Below, in pieces: positions 49,337-58,534 of a DNA stretch of 64,000 bases. The stretch's first letter is position 1. Each line of letters begins with the position of its first letter. Source of the stretch: Chloroflexia bacterium (GTDB taxonomy: Bacteria; Chloroflexota; Chloroflexia; QHBQ01; JADMIH01); NCBI GenBank assembly GCA_038203825.1, contig JBBRDO010000007.1:5356-69355 (forward strand). Reading direction: 5' to 3'. The translations under genes were made by a program, and so were the position numbers. Under the pieces are notes generated by a model. It did not search any database. It was not told the DNA's origin and saw only the letters and a program-made list of their open reading frames with translations.

Positions 49337-51229
49337 ATGTACGTCCTCGGAACCGCCGGGCATGTTGACCACGGCAAATCGACTCTCGTCAGGGCTATTA
49401 CGGGAATTGATCCCGACCGCCTTCAGGAAGAGAAGGCGCGCGAGATGACCATTGATCTTGGCTTTGCGTGGCTCACTCTTCCCTCCGGCAAAGAGGTGTC
49501 CATTGTAGACGTGCCCGGACACGAGCGATTTATCAAGAACATGCTTGCCGGGGCGGGCGGGCTCGATGCCGCGCTGCTCGTTATCGCGGCCGATGAAGGG
49601 CCCATGCCCCAGACCGAGGAGCATCTCGACATCCTGCACCTGCTGGGGGTGGATCGCGGAATCGTGGTGCTGACGAAGACGGATATGGTGGACGAGGACT
49701 GGCTCGAACTGGTAGAGGAAGAGATCCGTGACCGGCTGAAGAATACAACGCTGCAAAACGCTCCGATTGTGCCTGTCTCGGCTCGCACGGGGCAGAACCT
49801 GCCAGGATTACTTGCTGCTATCGACCGCTTGCTGGACGGAACGCAGCCGCGTGCCGATCGCGGTGCGCCTCGCCTCCCTATTGACCGCGCGTTCACGATT
49901 GCCGGGTTCGGTACGGTGGTAACAGGCACCCTGATTGACGGCAGCCTGCACGTTGGCCAGGAGGTTGAGATCGTGCCCGGCGGCCTGAAAACTCGTATCA
50001 GGGGCATCCAGAGCCACAAGCACAAGGTAGAGATTATCCAGCCCGGCAACCGCGTGGCGGTCAATCTGGTGGGACTGGACGTGGACCAGATCCGGCGCGG
50101 CATGGTGCTCGCGCTGCCTGGCAAGCTACAGCCTACCAACCGAGTAGACGTCCACTTACACCTCCTGTCTGATGCTCCGGCGCCCCTTGACCAGAACGAC
50201 TCGCTGGATATCTTCACGGGGTCAGCGGAAAGCCCGGCACGGATCACCTTGCTCGACACCGACAGATTGCAGCCCGGCGACAGCGCCTGGGCGCAATTAC
50301 GCCTGCGCGACGAGGTTGCCCTTTTGAAGGGTGACAGATACATCGTGCGACGCCCGTCGCCCAGCCTGACGGTGGGAGGAGGGCAGGTCATTGATCCGCA
50401 CCCCAGGCGGCACAAGCGCTTCAACGAGGAGACGGTCAGCACGCTGGAAACTTTGCAAAAAGGAACGCCGGAGGAACTGATCCTGCAGGCCCTTGGTATG
50501 GCGGCATTAGACGCCAAGGCGGTCATCGATAAGTCAGCACTGGAGAAGGTGGATGCCGAGCGAGCGATACAAGCGCTGCTCGATGATAAGAAGCTGTTGC
50601 TCCTGATGGGAGATGCCCAGACAATCATGCGTAACCCGCAGTCAGTGATACTGATGGCGGAGGACGCGTTTCAAGATACGATGCGCCGAGTGCACAATCT
50701 GCTAGCTATTTTCCACAAGCAACAACCATTGCGGCGCGGCATGAGCAAGGAAGAACTGCGCAGCAGGATGTCGTCGACCATATCGGCAAGAGCGTTTCCT
50801 CATGTCATGGCTCGGGCGGTTGAAAGAGGGGCAATCGCAGAGGGAGCTACGATTTATCGCACGCCTGAGCACGAGCCGAGGTACAGCCCCGCGCAAGAGA
50901 GGCAAGTAGCTGCTTTGCGCAGCGCCTACGCTAAGAGTCCATACTCACCGCCGTCGCCCACCGAGCTAGGGGTAGAGCCGGACGTGCTGGCAGCTCTCGT
51001 AGAAAGCGGAGATCTGATGAAGCTAGACGAGAGCATCTACTACACACGCGCCACGCTTGACGAAATACGCGAACGCATACTGGGCACAATTGACGAGCAC
51101 GGTGACATTAACGTGGCGCTCATGCGCGACGTCTTCGGCACAACGCGCAAATACGCCATACCGTTGCTGGAGTATTTCGATAACCAAAAGATCACACGCC
51201 GGGTCGGCGACGTGCGGGTACGCTGGTAA
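49337..51229 (+). CDS. selB: selenocysteine-specific translation elongation factor SelB
   Basis: GTAGHVDHGKSTL, DVPGHERFIKNMLAG and NKTD-like TKTD motifs. 630 aa with C-terminal winged-helix domains (IPLLEYFDNQKITRRVGDVR), as in E. coli SelB. Confidence 0.85.
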   Translation: MYVLGTAGHVDHGKSTLVRAITGIDPDRLQEEKAREMTIDLGFAWLTLPSGKEVSIVDVPGHERFIKNMLAGAGGLDAALLVIAADEGPMPQTEEHLDILHLLGVDRGIVVLTKTDMVDEDWLELVEEEIRDRLKNTTLQNAPIVPVSARTGQNLPGLLAAIDRLLDGTQPRADRGAPRLPIDRAFTIAGFGTVVTGTLIDGSLHVGQEVEIVPGGLKTRIRGIQSHKHKVEIIQPGNRVAVNLVGLDVDQIRRGMVLALPGKLQPTNRVDVHLHLLSDAPAPLDQNDSLDIFTGSAESPARITLLDTDRLQPGDSAWAQLRLRDEVALLKGDRYIVRRPSPSLTVGGGQVIDPHPRRHKRFNEETVSTLETLQKGTPEELILQALGMAALDAKAVIDKSALEKVDAERAIQALLDDKKLLLLMGDAQTIMRNPQSVILMAEDAFQDTMRRVHNLLAIFHKQQPLRRGMSKEELRSRMSSTISARAFPHVMARAVERGAIAEGATIYRTPEHEPRYSPAQERQVAALRSAYAKSPYSPPSPTELGVEPDVLAALVESGDLMKLDESIYYTRATLDEIRERILGTIDEHGDINVALMRDVFGTTRKYAIPLLEYFDNQKITRRVGDVRVRW

Positions 51230-51277
51230 CACTGTGATATAATTACCGCCACAACCTCACCAACAGGAGAGACTACT

Positions 51278-52111
51278 ATGAGCGATAACACAGAGGGCAA
51301 GACAGCGAGCAACGAACCTAAATCGCTTGAATGGGCGTTGATACTCGGCTCGTCGTCCGGCTTCGGGGCAGCCACGTCCATCGCGCTGGCCGAGCAGGCC
51401 GGCCTGAACATTTGCGGAGTGCACCTGCGCCGCCCAACAGACCCGGACATGTTCGACGAAGTAAAGACGCGGGTCGAGAAAGCAGGGCGGCAGTATCTAC
51501 CCTTCAACATGAACGCCGCTAACCCGGACCGCCGAAAGGACGCCATCGACAAGATGGTGGCGACTATGGACGGCTCAGGCTTCCGGGTCTTGATGCATTC
51601 TCTCGCGTTCGGCACGCTCAAGCCATTTGTCACAGACCTGGTTGAAGATTCGATCCAGCAACCCAACATGGATATGACGCTGGATGTCATGGCGCACTCC
51701 CTTGTTTACTGGGTGCAGGACAGTCTGAGGCGCGGATTGCTGGGGCGCGGCAGCCGCATTTTCACGATGACTTCGGCGGGGTCGCACCGCATAGTCCCCA
51801 ACTATGGCGCGGTATCAGCTGCCAAAGCGGCTCTCGAATCGCACATACGCCAGCTGGCAGTAGAGTTGGCCCCGCGAGGGATCACAGCTAACTCTATCCT
51901 TGCAGGTGTGACTGACACGCCGGCGCTGCGCCGCATTCCTGGCAACGAAAAGTTGATTGAGGTCGCGCTATCACGCAACCCTTCAGGCAGATTAACCCTG
52001 CCCACCGACATTGCGAACTTCATCGCTCTACTTGCCAAGCCCGGGAATGGAGCCGACTGGGTAACCGGCAATGTGATTAACGTAGACGGTGGGGAAGACA
52101 TCATGGGGTAG
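51278..52111 (+). CDS. SDR family oxidoreductase
   Basis: Gly-rich NAD(P)-binding N-terminus (GSSSGFGAA) and YGAVSAAK catalytic Tyr/Lys. Confidence 0.75.
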   Translation: MSDNTEGKTASNEPKSLEWALILGSSSGFGAATSIALAEQAGLNICGVHLRRPTDPDMFDEVKTRVEKAGRQYLPFNMNAANPDRRKDAIDKMVATMDGSGFRVLMHSLAFGTLKPFVTDLVEDSIQQPNMDMTLDVMAHSLVYWVQDSLRRGLLGRGSRIFTMTSAGSHRIVPNYGAVSAAKAALESHIRQLAVELAPRGITANSILAGVTDTPALRRIPGNEKLIEVALSRNPSGRLTLPTDIANFIALLAKPGNGADWVTGNVINVDGGEDIMG

Positions 52112-52115
52112 GACA

Positions 52116-52192
52116 GGGACGAGTCGTAGATCGTAAGTCGCTGATCGTAAGTCATACGGTGCTCTTTCCGACTTACGATCTACGACTCGTGG
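52116..52192. repeat. REP-like palindromic element (copy 3), terminator-like
   Basis: ACGAGTCGTAGATCGTAAGTC-GCTGATCGTAAGTC ... GACTTACGATCTACGACTCGT, immediately after the SDR stop codon. Confidence 0.85.
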
Positions 52193-52293
52193 CTCGTCCG
52201 CTGTTGACACTACAGGCACAATCCGCTACACTAGAAGTAGCAGTCGCCCTTACCGTTAGATGATCATGCCTCCAGAAAGAGGTACTTATAACT

Positions 52294-53139
52294 ATGAGTG
52301 ATACGACCATTTCCACGTCCAAGACACCCAATCAACCTGTCGACGACTATGATGATGTCGAGGAGCCGGTGTACACGCCGGCGGCTCCTGTTCAGGCTCG
52401 CCCGAGCAGAGTGCAGAGCCGATACGAGGACGACGAGGTTGATGAGTTAGACGAAGACGTCCCGGGCTACAGCCGAGGATTCCGCAGTGACGCAGGCGAA
52501 TACGACGAGGATGGAGAAGAAGTTGCGGTTTTATCGGTAAACCGGAGTCGTGCTCTCATTTTGACTTTCTCGGTCGTTATGCTGGTGGCAATCTTCGGGC
52601 TGGCGTTCTGGTTATTCTTGAACCGAGCAGGCGATGCACCTCCGACCGGTCCCGTCGCGGGCGTGCCTGTAATTACCGGCTTTGACGCTGATACCCAGAA
52701 GGAAGATCAGAAGCCGCAAACGGGCGCATACGCACCCGACTTTACCTGGCAGGAGAACGGCCAAGCCGTCTCTCTCTCCTCTTTCCGAGGGAAAAAGCCA
52801 GTTTTCGTGAACTTCTGGGGAACGTGGTGTCCACCTTGCCGGGGTGAAATGCCGGAAATGGAGACGGCGTATACCAAGCACTTCGGGAAGATCGAGGTCA
52901 TAGGAGTGTCAATGGCCCCGAAGGACACGGCAAGCATGGTGCTAAATTTTGTCAACCAGTATAAGTACAATTGGAAGTTTATCCATGACGGCGACTTCCG
53001 AGTGGCCGACCGCTATCAGGTGGCTGCTGTTCCCAGCTCCTACTTTATTGGCACAGACGGCATTATCAAGGCCGTACAGGTAGGAGCCATGAACGGAACG
53101 ATTATGGAGAACTATATCAACCAGGTCATCACACCCTAA
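52294..53139 (+). CDS. TlpA/ResA-like thiol:disulfide oxidoreductase (membrane-anchored)
   Basis: Acidic disordered N-terminus, one TM, thioredoxin fold with WCPPC (CxxC). Confidence 0.75.
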   Translation: MSDTTISTSKTPNQPVDDYDDVEEPVYTPAAPVQARPSRVQSRYEDDEVDELDEDVPGYSRGFRSDAGEYDEDGEEVAVLSVNRSRALILTFSVVMLVAIFGLAFWLFLNRAGDAPPTGPVAGVPVITGFDADTQKEDQKPQTGAYAPDFTWQENGQAVSLSSFRGKKPVFVNFWGTWCPPCRGEMPEMETAYTKHFGKIEVIGVSMAPKDTASMVLNFVNQYKYNWKFIHDGDFRVADRYQVAAVPSSYFIGTDGIIKAVQVGAMNGTIMENYINQVITP

Positions 53140-53156
53140 GAGGTAATCAAGTCCTT

Positions 53157-53855
53157 ATGAGCCAACCCCCACAACGTCCATCTGCTAACAGGCCGCCGGC
53201 TCGTTCTAGCGGCCCCCCGCCCCCACGCAGAGGCACCTACAACGAGAGACCACGAGCAGTACAAACCCAGCGCGATCCGTTCCCCTATATCATGGGCGGT
53301 ATCATCGGGGCCATGATCATTGGCCTCGGCGCGGTGCTTTTCCTTATTCTGTCGAACAACAACGGTCCCACGCCCGCTAACACTAACACCGTCTCACCTA
53401 CGGCAGATGCAAACACCCCACCTCGCATGGCGATCGGCGAGTTCAAGGCGTTGTACGACGACCCGGCCAAACGCCCGCTCATTGTTGATGTAAGGCCCGT
53501 TGCCAGCTACGCCGAAGGCCATATCGGAGGGTCGGTGTCGATGCCCGAGACCGATATTGATAAACTGGTAGCCGACAAGCAGGTGCCGAAAGACAAGCTG
53601 ATCGTGGCGTACTGCCAATGACCGGCCGAAAACGAAAGCGCCCGTGTGGCGCAGAAGCTGCATGATACATATGGCTACAGTTACGATAATTTGAAGGTCC
53701 TTCAAGGCGGTTGGAATACCTGGAAACAGATGAACGGGACAGATCCCAAAGGATACCCTATCGAGACAGGGAACAACGGAACTCCCGTTATTGATAACGC
53801 AAAGAGCGATACAGGCTCCCAACCTACGGCTACAAAAGCGGTAGCCACACCTTAA
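53157..53855 (+). CDS. membrane-anchored rhodanese-domain sulfurtransferase with in-frame TGA (candidate selenoprotein or pseudogene)
   Basis: Pro/Arg-rich N-terminus, TM, rhodanese domain. ...LIVAYCQ-TGA(53619-53621)-PAENESARVAQKL...LQGGWNTW continues in frame to TAA 53855. Hairpin GCGCC-cgtgt-GGCGC 16 nt downstream of the TGA. Confidence 0.55.
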
Positions 53856-53886
53856 GGCAAAGCCTGGAATAGTGATTAGTTAGCAA

Positions 53887-53919
53887 AATCAGGGCGGGAT
53901 CCGGAAACCCGCCCTGATT
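53887..53919 (+). terminator. rho-independent terminator after the rhodanese gene
   Basis: AATCAGGGCGGG-atccggaaa-CCCGCCCTGATT, a perfect 12-bp stem followed by TTCTAT. Confidence 0.6.
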
Positions 53920-53937
53920 TCTATGGGGCGGTAACAG

Positions 53938-54390
53938 ATGAGCGATCAACGGGGCGGAACGAGACGTGTCAGGCGGGTGCTGCCGCCGCAAGAGGGTGCA
54001 AATCCACCCCAACCGCGCGCAGGCCAGGGCATGGCCCGCATGCCGATACGCGACGATCGTTCAGTGCCCATCCGCAGGGCGGAAGTCGGGCAAGCGACAG
54101 CGCCGCCGCGCAACGATCTGTACCAGTACATCATAGGTGCGGTGGTATCGGCTACGGTGCTGGGGCTGATCCTCATAATTTGGCTGGTCGCAACGTCCGG
54201 AAAAGGCGTTGCGAATCCTGCCCCGGGTACGAACACGGTTTCCGGCGATGTGCCGACCATACAGGCTCCCCTCTCATCAGGTACGCTGGTACCGGGCGAA
54301 GTACCAACAAGCAACCTGGTGGTGCCACCTGCCCAACCGAGCCGGGGACCGTCCGGGGAGAATTGGAACCTTCTGCTTGATACGCGCTGA
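53938..54390 (+). CDS. hypothetical membrane-anchored protein (paralog of the rhodanese anchor module)
   Basis: Arg/Pro-rich N-terminus, TM, then a short Pro-rich ectodomain. Its N-terminal ~100 aa align with the rhodanese anchor (R.D...YI.G.....LGL...TNTVS). Confidence 0.5.
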   Translation: MSDQRGGTRRVRRVLPPQEGANPPQPRAGQGMARMPIRDDRSVPIRRAEVGQATAPPRNDLYQYIIGAVVSATVLGLILIIWLVATSGKGVANPAPGTNTVSGDVPTIQAPLSSGTLVPGEVPTSNLVVPPAQPSRGPSGENWNLLLDTR

Positions 54391-54425
54391 TATGGCGGCG
54401 GACCTGCGACGGCAGTAACCGGGGC

Positions 54426-55262
54426 TCATCCCAGCGAATAGACCGGAGGCAACCGCCACACTCGCTCGGCATACTCCCCTTCGCGTGCTCCAGTTGACAC
54501 GGCAACTGATTGAAAGTAGGCGCGTACCGCAGCGGGCATCTCAGCGTCGCTGCCGAAAAGCACTCCTAGCTGCGACTTGTAGCGTGCAATGGATGCTATT
54601 TTGACCCCGACCAGGTCTGAGACCGGCGTGACGAGGGGCTGCGCAGGCAAGCCGATTTCCGCGAGGCGCGACTCAAGTGCACCCTGCCTGCTTGCATAAG
54701 GATAATCCTCGTAAAATAGCGTTGCGAAGCGCGGTCCAAGCCTGCGCGCTGCCCAGAATGTGAGTTGATGGTCTACGTGGTGACCCACGCCGAGCGGCGC
54801 GAAGACTCGAACAGGGCCGCGTGCGCCCGCGGCGGCCACCACCGCCCGGACCTTGTCTGCAATTTGAGGCACAAGAAGTCTGCGCTCCTCGGGTGCGACG
54901 GTCCCGAATAGCTCAGCATCCGACGCATAGAGGAAATGCCCGTCTGACGCCGTCCTGTAGGGTGCGTCGGCGAAATCGAGCCAGACAAGCTCCAGGCTGA
55001 GAAGCCGGGCAGCAGACTGCTCTTCACCTCTCCTGATCTCATTGATAGCCTGCAGGCTTGCGCCGGCGTCGCGCTCCCATTGTGCGTGCATGCCCAGGGC
55101 GAACGGCGAGAGATCGACCCCGTCTGCGGCCGGAGCCGCGAATACAACAATGCTAATGCAGCTCGAACCCATGCGCGAGAGGCGGGCGGCTATGGCCCCG
55201 CAAGACAGGGCTATATCGTCGAAGTGGGGCGACAGGAATATGGTTAGCGGAGCCTGTTCCAT
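54426..55262 (-). CDS. PIG-L/LmbE family deacetylase
   Basis: SPHFDDIALSCGA zinc-binding motif. Start at ATG 55262. Confidence 0.75.
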   Translation of the reverse strand: MEQAPLTIFLSPHFDDIALSCGAIAARLSRMGSSCISIVVFAAPAADGVDLSPFALGMHAQWERDAGASLQAINEIRRGEEQSAARLLSLELVWLDFADAPYRTASDGHFLYASDAELFGTVAPEERRLLVPQIADKVRAVVAAAGARGPVRVFAPLGVGHHVDHQLTFWAARRLGPRFATLFYEDYPYASRQGALESRLAEIGLPAQPLVTPVSDLVGVKIASIARYKSQLGVLFGSDAEMPAAVRAYFQSVAVSTGAREGEYAERVWRLPPVYSLG

Positions 55263-55356
55263 ATGTGGGTGACTACTCCTAAATGGCACACAACGTGCTA
55301 CCCTGTGACCAGCCTGGTGTACATCCCTTGTGGTAGTGAGTTATTATATCAAAGGC

Positions 55357-56634
55357 ATGCCATATCTATCTCAATTAATCGGAAAACCGATCAGGAACCG
55401 GGCGGGAAACAGTGTTGCACGTCTGCGCGATGTCGTGATAGACCTCGCTCAGGTCGAGGCGGAAGATGGCCCCGCTATAAAGGGGCTTGTTGCGCGCACA
55501 GCCCGTAGAAAGGCTCCTTTCTACTTGCCTGTTGAACAGGTAGATACGCTCACGGACGAGGGAGCTATGCTGAACTCGGCCAAGTTCGACCTTGAGCCAT
55601 TTGAACGGCGCGAGGGCGAGATGGTAGTCACGAAAGACCTTTGGGACAGGCAAATCATTGATGTGAGACAAAGGCGCGTACTCAGGGTCAACGATGTACT
55701 GATTGAGCAAACGCCCGGCAACAAGACGCGAGAGTGGCGCATCGCAGGTGTGGATGTGAGCCTGGCGGGGCTGGCCCGACGCCTCAAGCTCGGCAAACTG
55801 GCTGGTATGATCAGGCCGGGTGCTTCGCAGCCACCGGTTGTGAATTGGAGAGACCTGGACATTTTCGGAACGAGCATGGCAGGAGGCGTAGGGCTGAAGC
55901 ATGACAAGCTGGCACGAATGCACCCTGTCGAGATTGCCCGCATTACCGACGCAGTAAGCTATCACCAGGGAGCGGAGATCATTTCTGCGCTGGATGACAC
56001 CCTGGCTGCGGATACTCTCGAAGAAATTGACGCTGACCGCCAGATCGATATCGTAATGCAAATGCCTGATGAGCGGGCAGCGGATATTATCGAAGAAATG
56101 GCGCCGGACGAAGCCACCGATCTTATGTCGGAGTTGTCGGACGAGAAGGCGGGCGCGTTACTGGAAGAGATGGACGACGAAGAGGCGGAGGATGTGCGTC
56201 AACTTCTGCGCTACCCTGAGCACACGGCAGGCCGCGCGATGACGACGGACTTTGTGTCGGTCCGTCCGAGCATGACTGTTGCGGAAGTGATAGATCAGAA
56301 TAAGCAGCACTTTCTAACAGCGGACTTGATCTACTACATGTACGTCACCGACTCGGAAGAGAGCAATCAGTTGCTTGGAGTGATCACGGTCCGCGATCTT
56401 CTGTTGAACGAGCGCGATGTCAAGGTTGCGGACTTCATGGTTACAGAGTTCCTGAGTGTGCGGCCTGGAGAGCACGAGCGCGAGGTTGCACGCAAGATGG
56501 CCGAATACAACTTACTCGCGCTGCCCGTGGTAACCCGCAATAACGAGATGCTGGGAGTAATTACAGTAGATGACGCGCTAGATTCGCTCTTACCGGAAGG
56601 CTGGAAGAAACGCATTCCAAGAATCTTTAGCTGA
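55357..56634 (+). CDS. PRC-barrel/MgtE-N/CBS-pair protein without transmembrane domain
   Basis: Acidic MgtE-N-like helical region followed by tandem CBS domains. No TM helices. Confidence 0.65.
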   Translation: MPYLSQLIGKPIRNRAGNSVARLRDVVIDLAQVEAEDGPAIKGLVARTARRKAPFYLPVEQVDTLTDEGAMLNSAKFDLEPFERREGEMVVTKDLWDRQIIDVRQRRVLRVNDVLIEQTPGNKTREWRIAGVDVSLAGLARRLKLGKLAGMIRPGASQPPVVNWRDLDIFGTSMAGGVGLKHDKLARMHPVEIARITDAVSYHQGAEIISALDDTLAADTLEEIDADRQIDIVMQMPDERAADIIEEMAPDEATDLMSELSDEKAGALLEEMDDEEAEDVRQLLRYPEHTAGRAMTTDFVSVRPSMTVAEVIDQNKQHFLTADLIYYMYVTDSEESNQLLGVITVRDLLLNERDVKVADFMVTEFLSVRPGEHEREVARKMAEYNLLALPVVTRNNEMLGVITVDDALDSLLPEGWKKRIPRIFS

Positions 56635-56688
56635 GTGATAGCCCGCACAGCAATACCAACCAACAGTCACCTCTAGGTTACACGCACA

Positions 56689-58032
56689 ATGGAACCGAAA
56701 CACCGACACAGCCCAAGTGCAGAGGCTATTGCCGAAGAAGAACAAGCGAGTGGAGCCGGGCCGATTGCTCGCTTGCTGGGGCGCATGTTCAGACCCCTTC
56801 ACAGGCTGAAACGCTTGCCTTTCTGGGCTTACCTGGTCGTGCTTGGGCCTGGAGTGGTCTCGGCGGCGGCGGGCAACGACGCAGGCGGCATCGCCACATA
56901 TGCCCAATCAGGGGCGACCTACGGCTACGGGCTGCTCTGGGCGATGGTTGTGGTGACCATTTGTCTGGTGCTGGTGCAGGAGATGTGCGCCCGTATGGGA
57001 GCAGTTACCGGCAAGGGCCTGTCCGATTTAATCAGGGAGCAATTCGGGGCAAGCTGGGCAATGCTGGCGGTGCTAGTGCTACTCATTGCCAACGCGGGCG
57101 TGACCATCTCCGAATTCGTGGGCATCGCTGCGGCGGCTGATCTGTTCGGGATACCGGGGTGGCTGGCAGTGCCGCCTATAGCTCTAGTGGTCTGGTGGCT
57201 GGTTACGAGCGGTTCCTATCGAACGGTGGAGAAGGTGTTTATGCTGATGTCGCTTGTCTTCTTCACCTACATAATCGCTGCATTCCTGGCGAAGCCCGAC
57301 TGGGGGCAGGTGGGTACGGCGATCGTACAGCCCAAGATCGACCTTGCACCGGTGGCCCTGCAAGCCCTCGTGGCGCTGATTGGTACGACCATCACGCCGT
57401 ATATGCAGCTATTTGTGCAGTCGACCGTCGTAGAGAAGGGCGTGACGCTTAGCGACTACAAGTACACACGCTTCGACACGGTCTTTGGCGTTATAATTGC
57501 CAACATCGTCTCGGCGTTCATCATCATAGCCACGGCCGCCACCCTTTTCGTGCACGGCAGCACCAATGTGAACAGCGCAGCAGACGCGGCAAAGGCTCTG
57601 GAACCGGTAGCGGGGCAGGGAGCTACGATACTCTTCGGCCTTGGCCTATTCGGCGCTTCGATGCTGGCGGCGGGCGTGCTGCCACTGGCTACGGCCTTCT
57701 CGGTCACGGAAGCACTGGGCTTCGAGAAAGGGGTGAACCTGTCGTTTCGCGAAGCGCCTGTATTCATGGGACTGTTTACCGTATTGCTTGTGCTGGGTGC
57801 GCTGGTGGCAATGATACCTGGTCTGCCCCTGTTCGCAGTGTTGATAGGGGTACAAATCCTCAATGGAGCTCTCCTGCCGATCCTGCTCATATTCATTGTG
57901 AGATTGGCAAGCAACCGCGACATTATGGGCCAATACGCGATTGGACCGGTATACAGGGTGTTGGCGTGGGGAGCGGTCGTGCTGATCACAATCGCGGTAC
58001 TGCTGATGTTCGGCACGTCGCTGTTCCATTGA
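56689..58032 (+). CDS. mntH: NRAMP family divalent metal (Mn2+/Fe2+) transporter
   Basis: 11-12 TM helices. GPGVVSAAAGNDAGGIATY corresponds to the NRAMP DPGN-type motif. Confidence 0.85.
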   Translation: MEPKHRHSPSAEAIAEEEQASGAGPIARLLGRMFRPLHRLKRLPFWAYLVVLGPGVVSAAAGNDAGGIATYAQSGATYGYGLLWAMVVVTICLVLVQEMCARMGAVTGKGLSDLIREQFGASWAMLAVLVLLIANAGVTISEFVGIAAAADLFGIPGWLAVPPIALVVWWLVTSGSYRTVEKVFMLMSLVFFTYIIAAFLAKPDWGQVGTAIVQPKIDLAPVALQALVALIGTTITPYMQLFVQSTVVEKGVTLSDYKYTRFDTVFGVIIANIVSAFIIIATAATLFVHGSTNVNSAADAAKALEPVAGQGATILFGLGLFGASMLAAGVLPLATAFSVTEALGFEKGVNLSFREAPVFMGLFTVLLVLGALVAMIPGLPLFAVLIGVQILNGALLPILLIFIVRLASNRDIMGQYAIGPVYRVLAWGAVVLITIAVLLMFGTSLFH

Positions 58033-58099
58033 ACTGGGAGAACATGAGAGCGCAAACCACAGTTGCCCAATGGGGCAATCGTCAAGATATGGAGGTCAA

Positions 58100-58489
58100 A
58101 TGAGCGAAAAACAGACCGGTGCGGGGGACGGCACAGGAGACAGGCTTGAAGCGTTCCGACAGTATCGTTTGCGTATGAACGAGAGAATTGCAAACGCAAA
58201 CCACCTGGGCATCAATCGTTTTTTCAACCTGGACACGACGGCCTATTACGACGGCGCGCTGCCGGGCCGCACTAAAGAATTGCTTGGGTTGGTGGCCTCC
58301 GCAGTACTGCGCTGCGATGACTGCGTGGACTATCACCTCATACAGTGTGTCGAAGCAGGATACACCAACGAGGAGATAACGGACGCGCTCAACGTGGCGC
58401 TGGTAGTAGGCGGAAGCATATTGATCCCGCACCTCCGCCACGCTATGGAAACGATAGATCTGTTGAGGGCGGAAGAAGAAGGTCAGTAG
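58100..58489 (+). CDS. carboxymuconolactone decarboxylase (AhpD-like) family protein
   Basis: AhpD-like CDDCVDYH (CxxC...H) motif. GGAGG RBS before ATG 58100. Confidence 0.75.
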   Translation: MSEKQTGAGDGTGDRLEAFRQYRLRMNERIANANHLGINRFFNLDTTAYYDGALPGRTKELLGLVASAVLRCDDCVDYHLIQCVEAGYTNEEITDALNVALVVGGSILIPHLRHAMETIDLLRAEEEGQ

Positions 58490-58534
58490 CAGACAGGGTA
58501 GATCGATTGTGCCCGTCTTCGGTGGTGAGGGCCG

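Noticed and set aside
49423-50628. Long antisense ORFs embedded in real genes (401 aa inside selB)
   Set aside because: The ORFs at 2217-2822, 5413-5997, 57456-58199 and 37990-38538 are the same case. They are GC-rich reverse-frame artefacts: Ser/Arg/Pro-rich, no RBS, and fully contained in well-supported genes.
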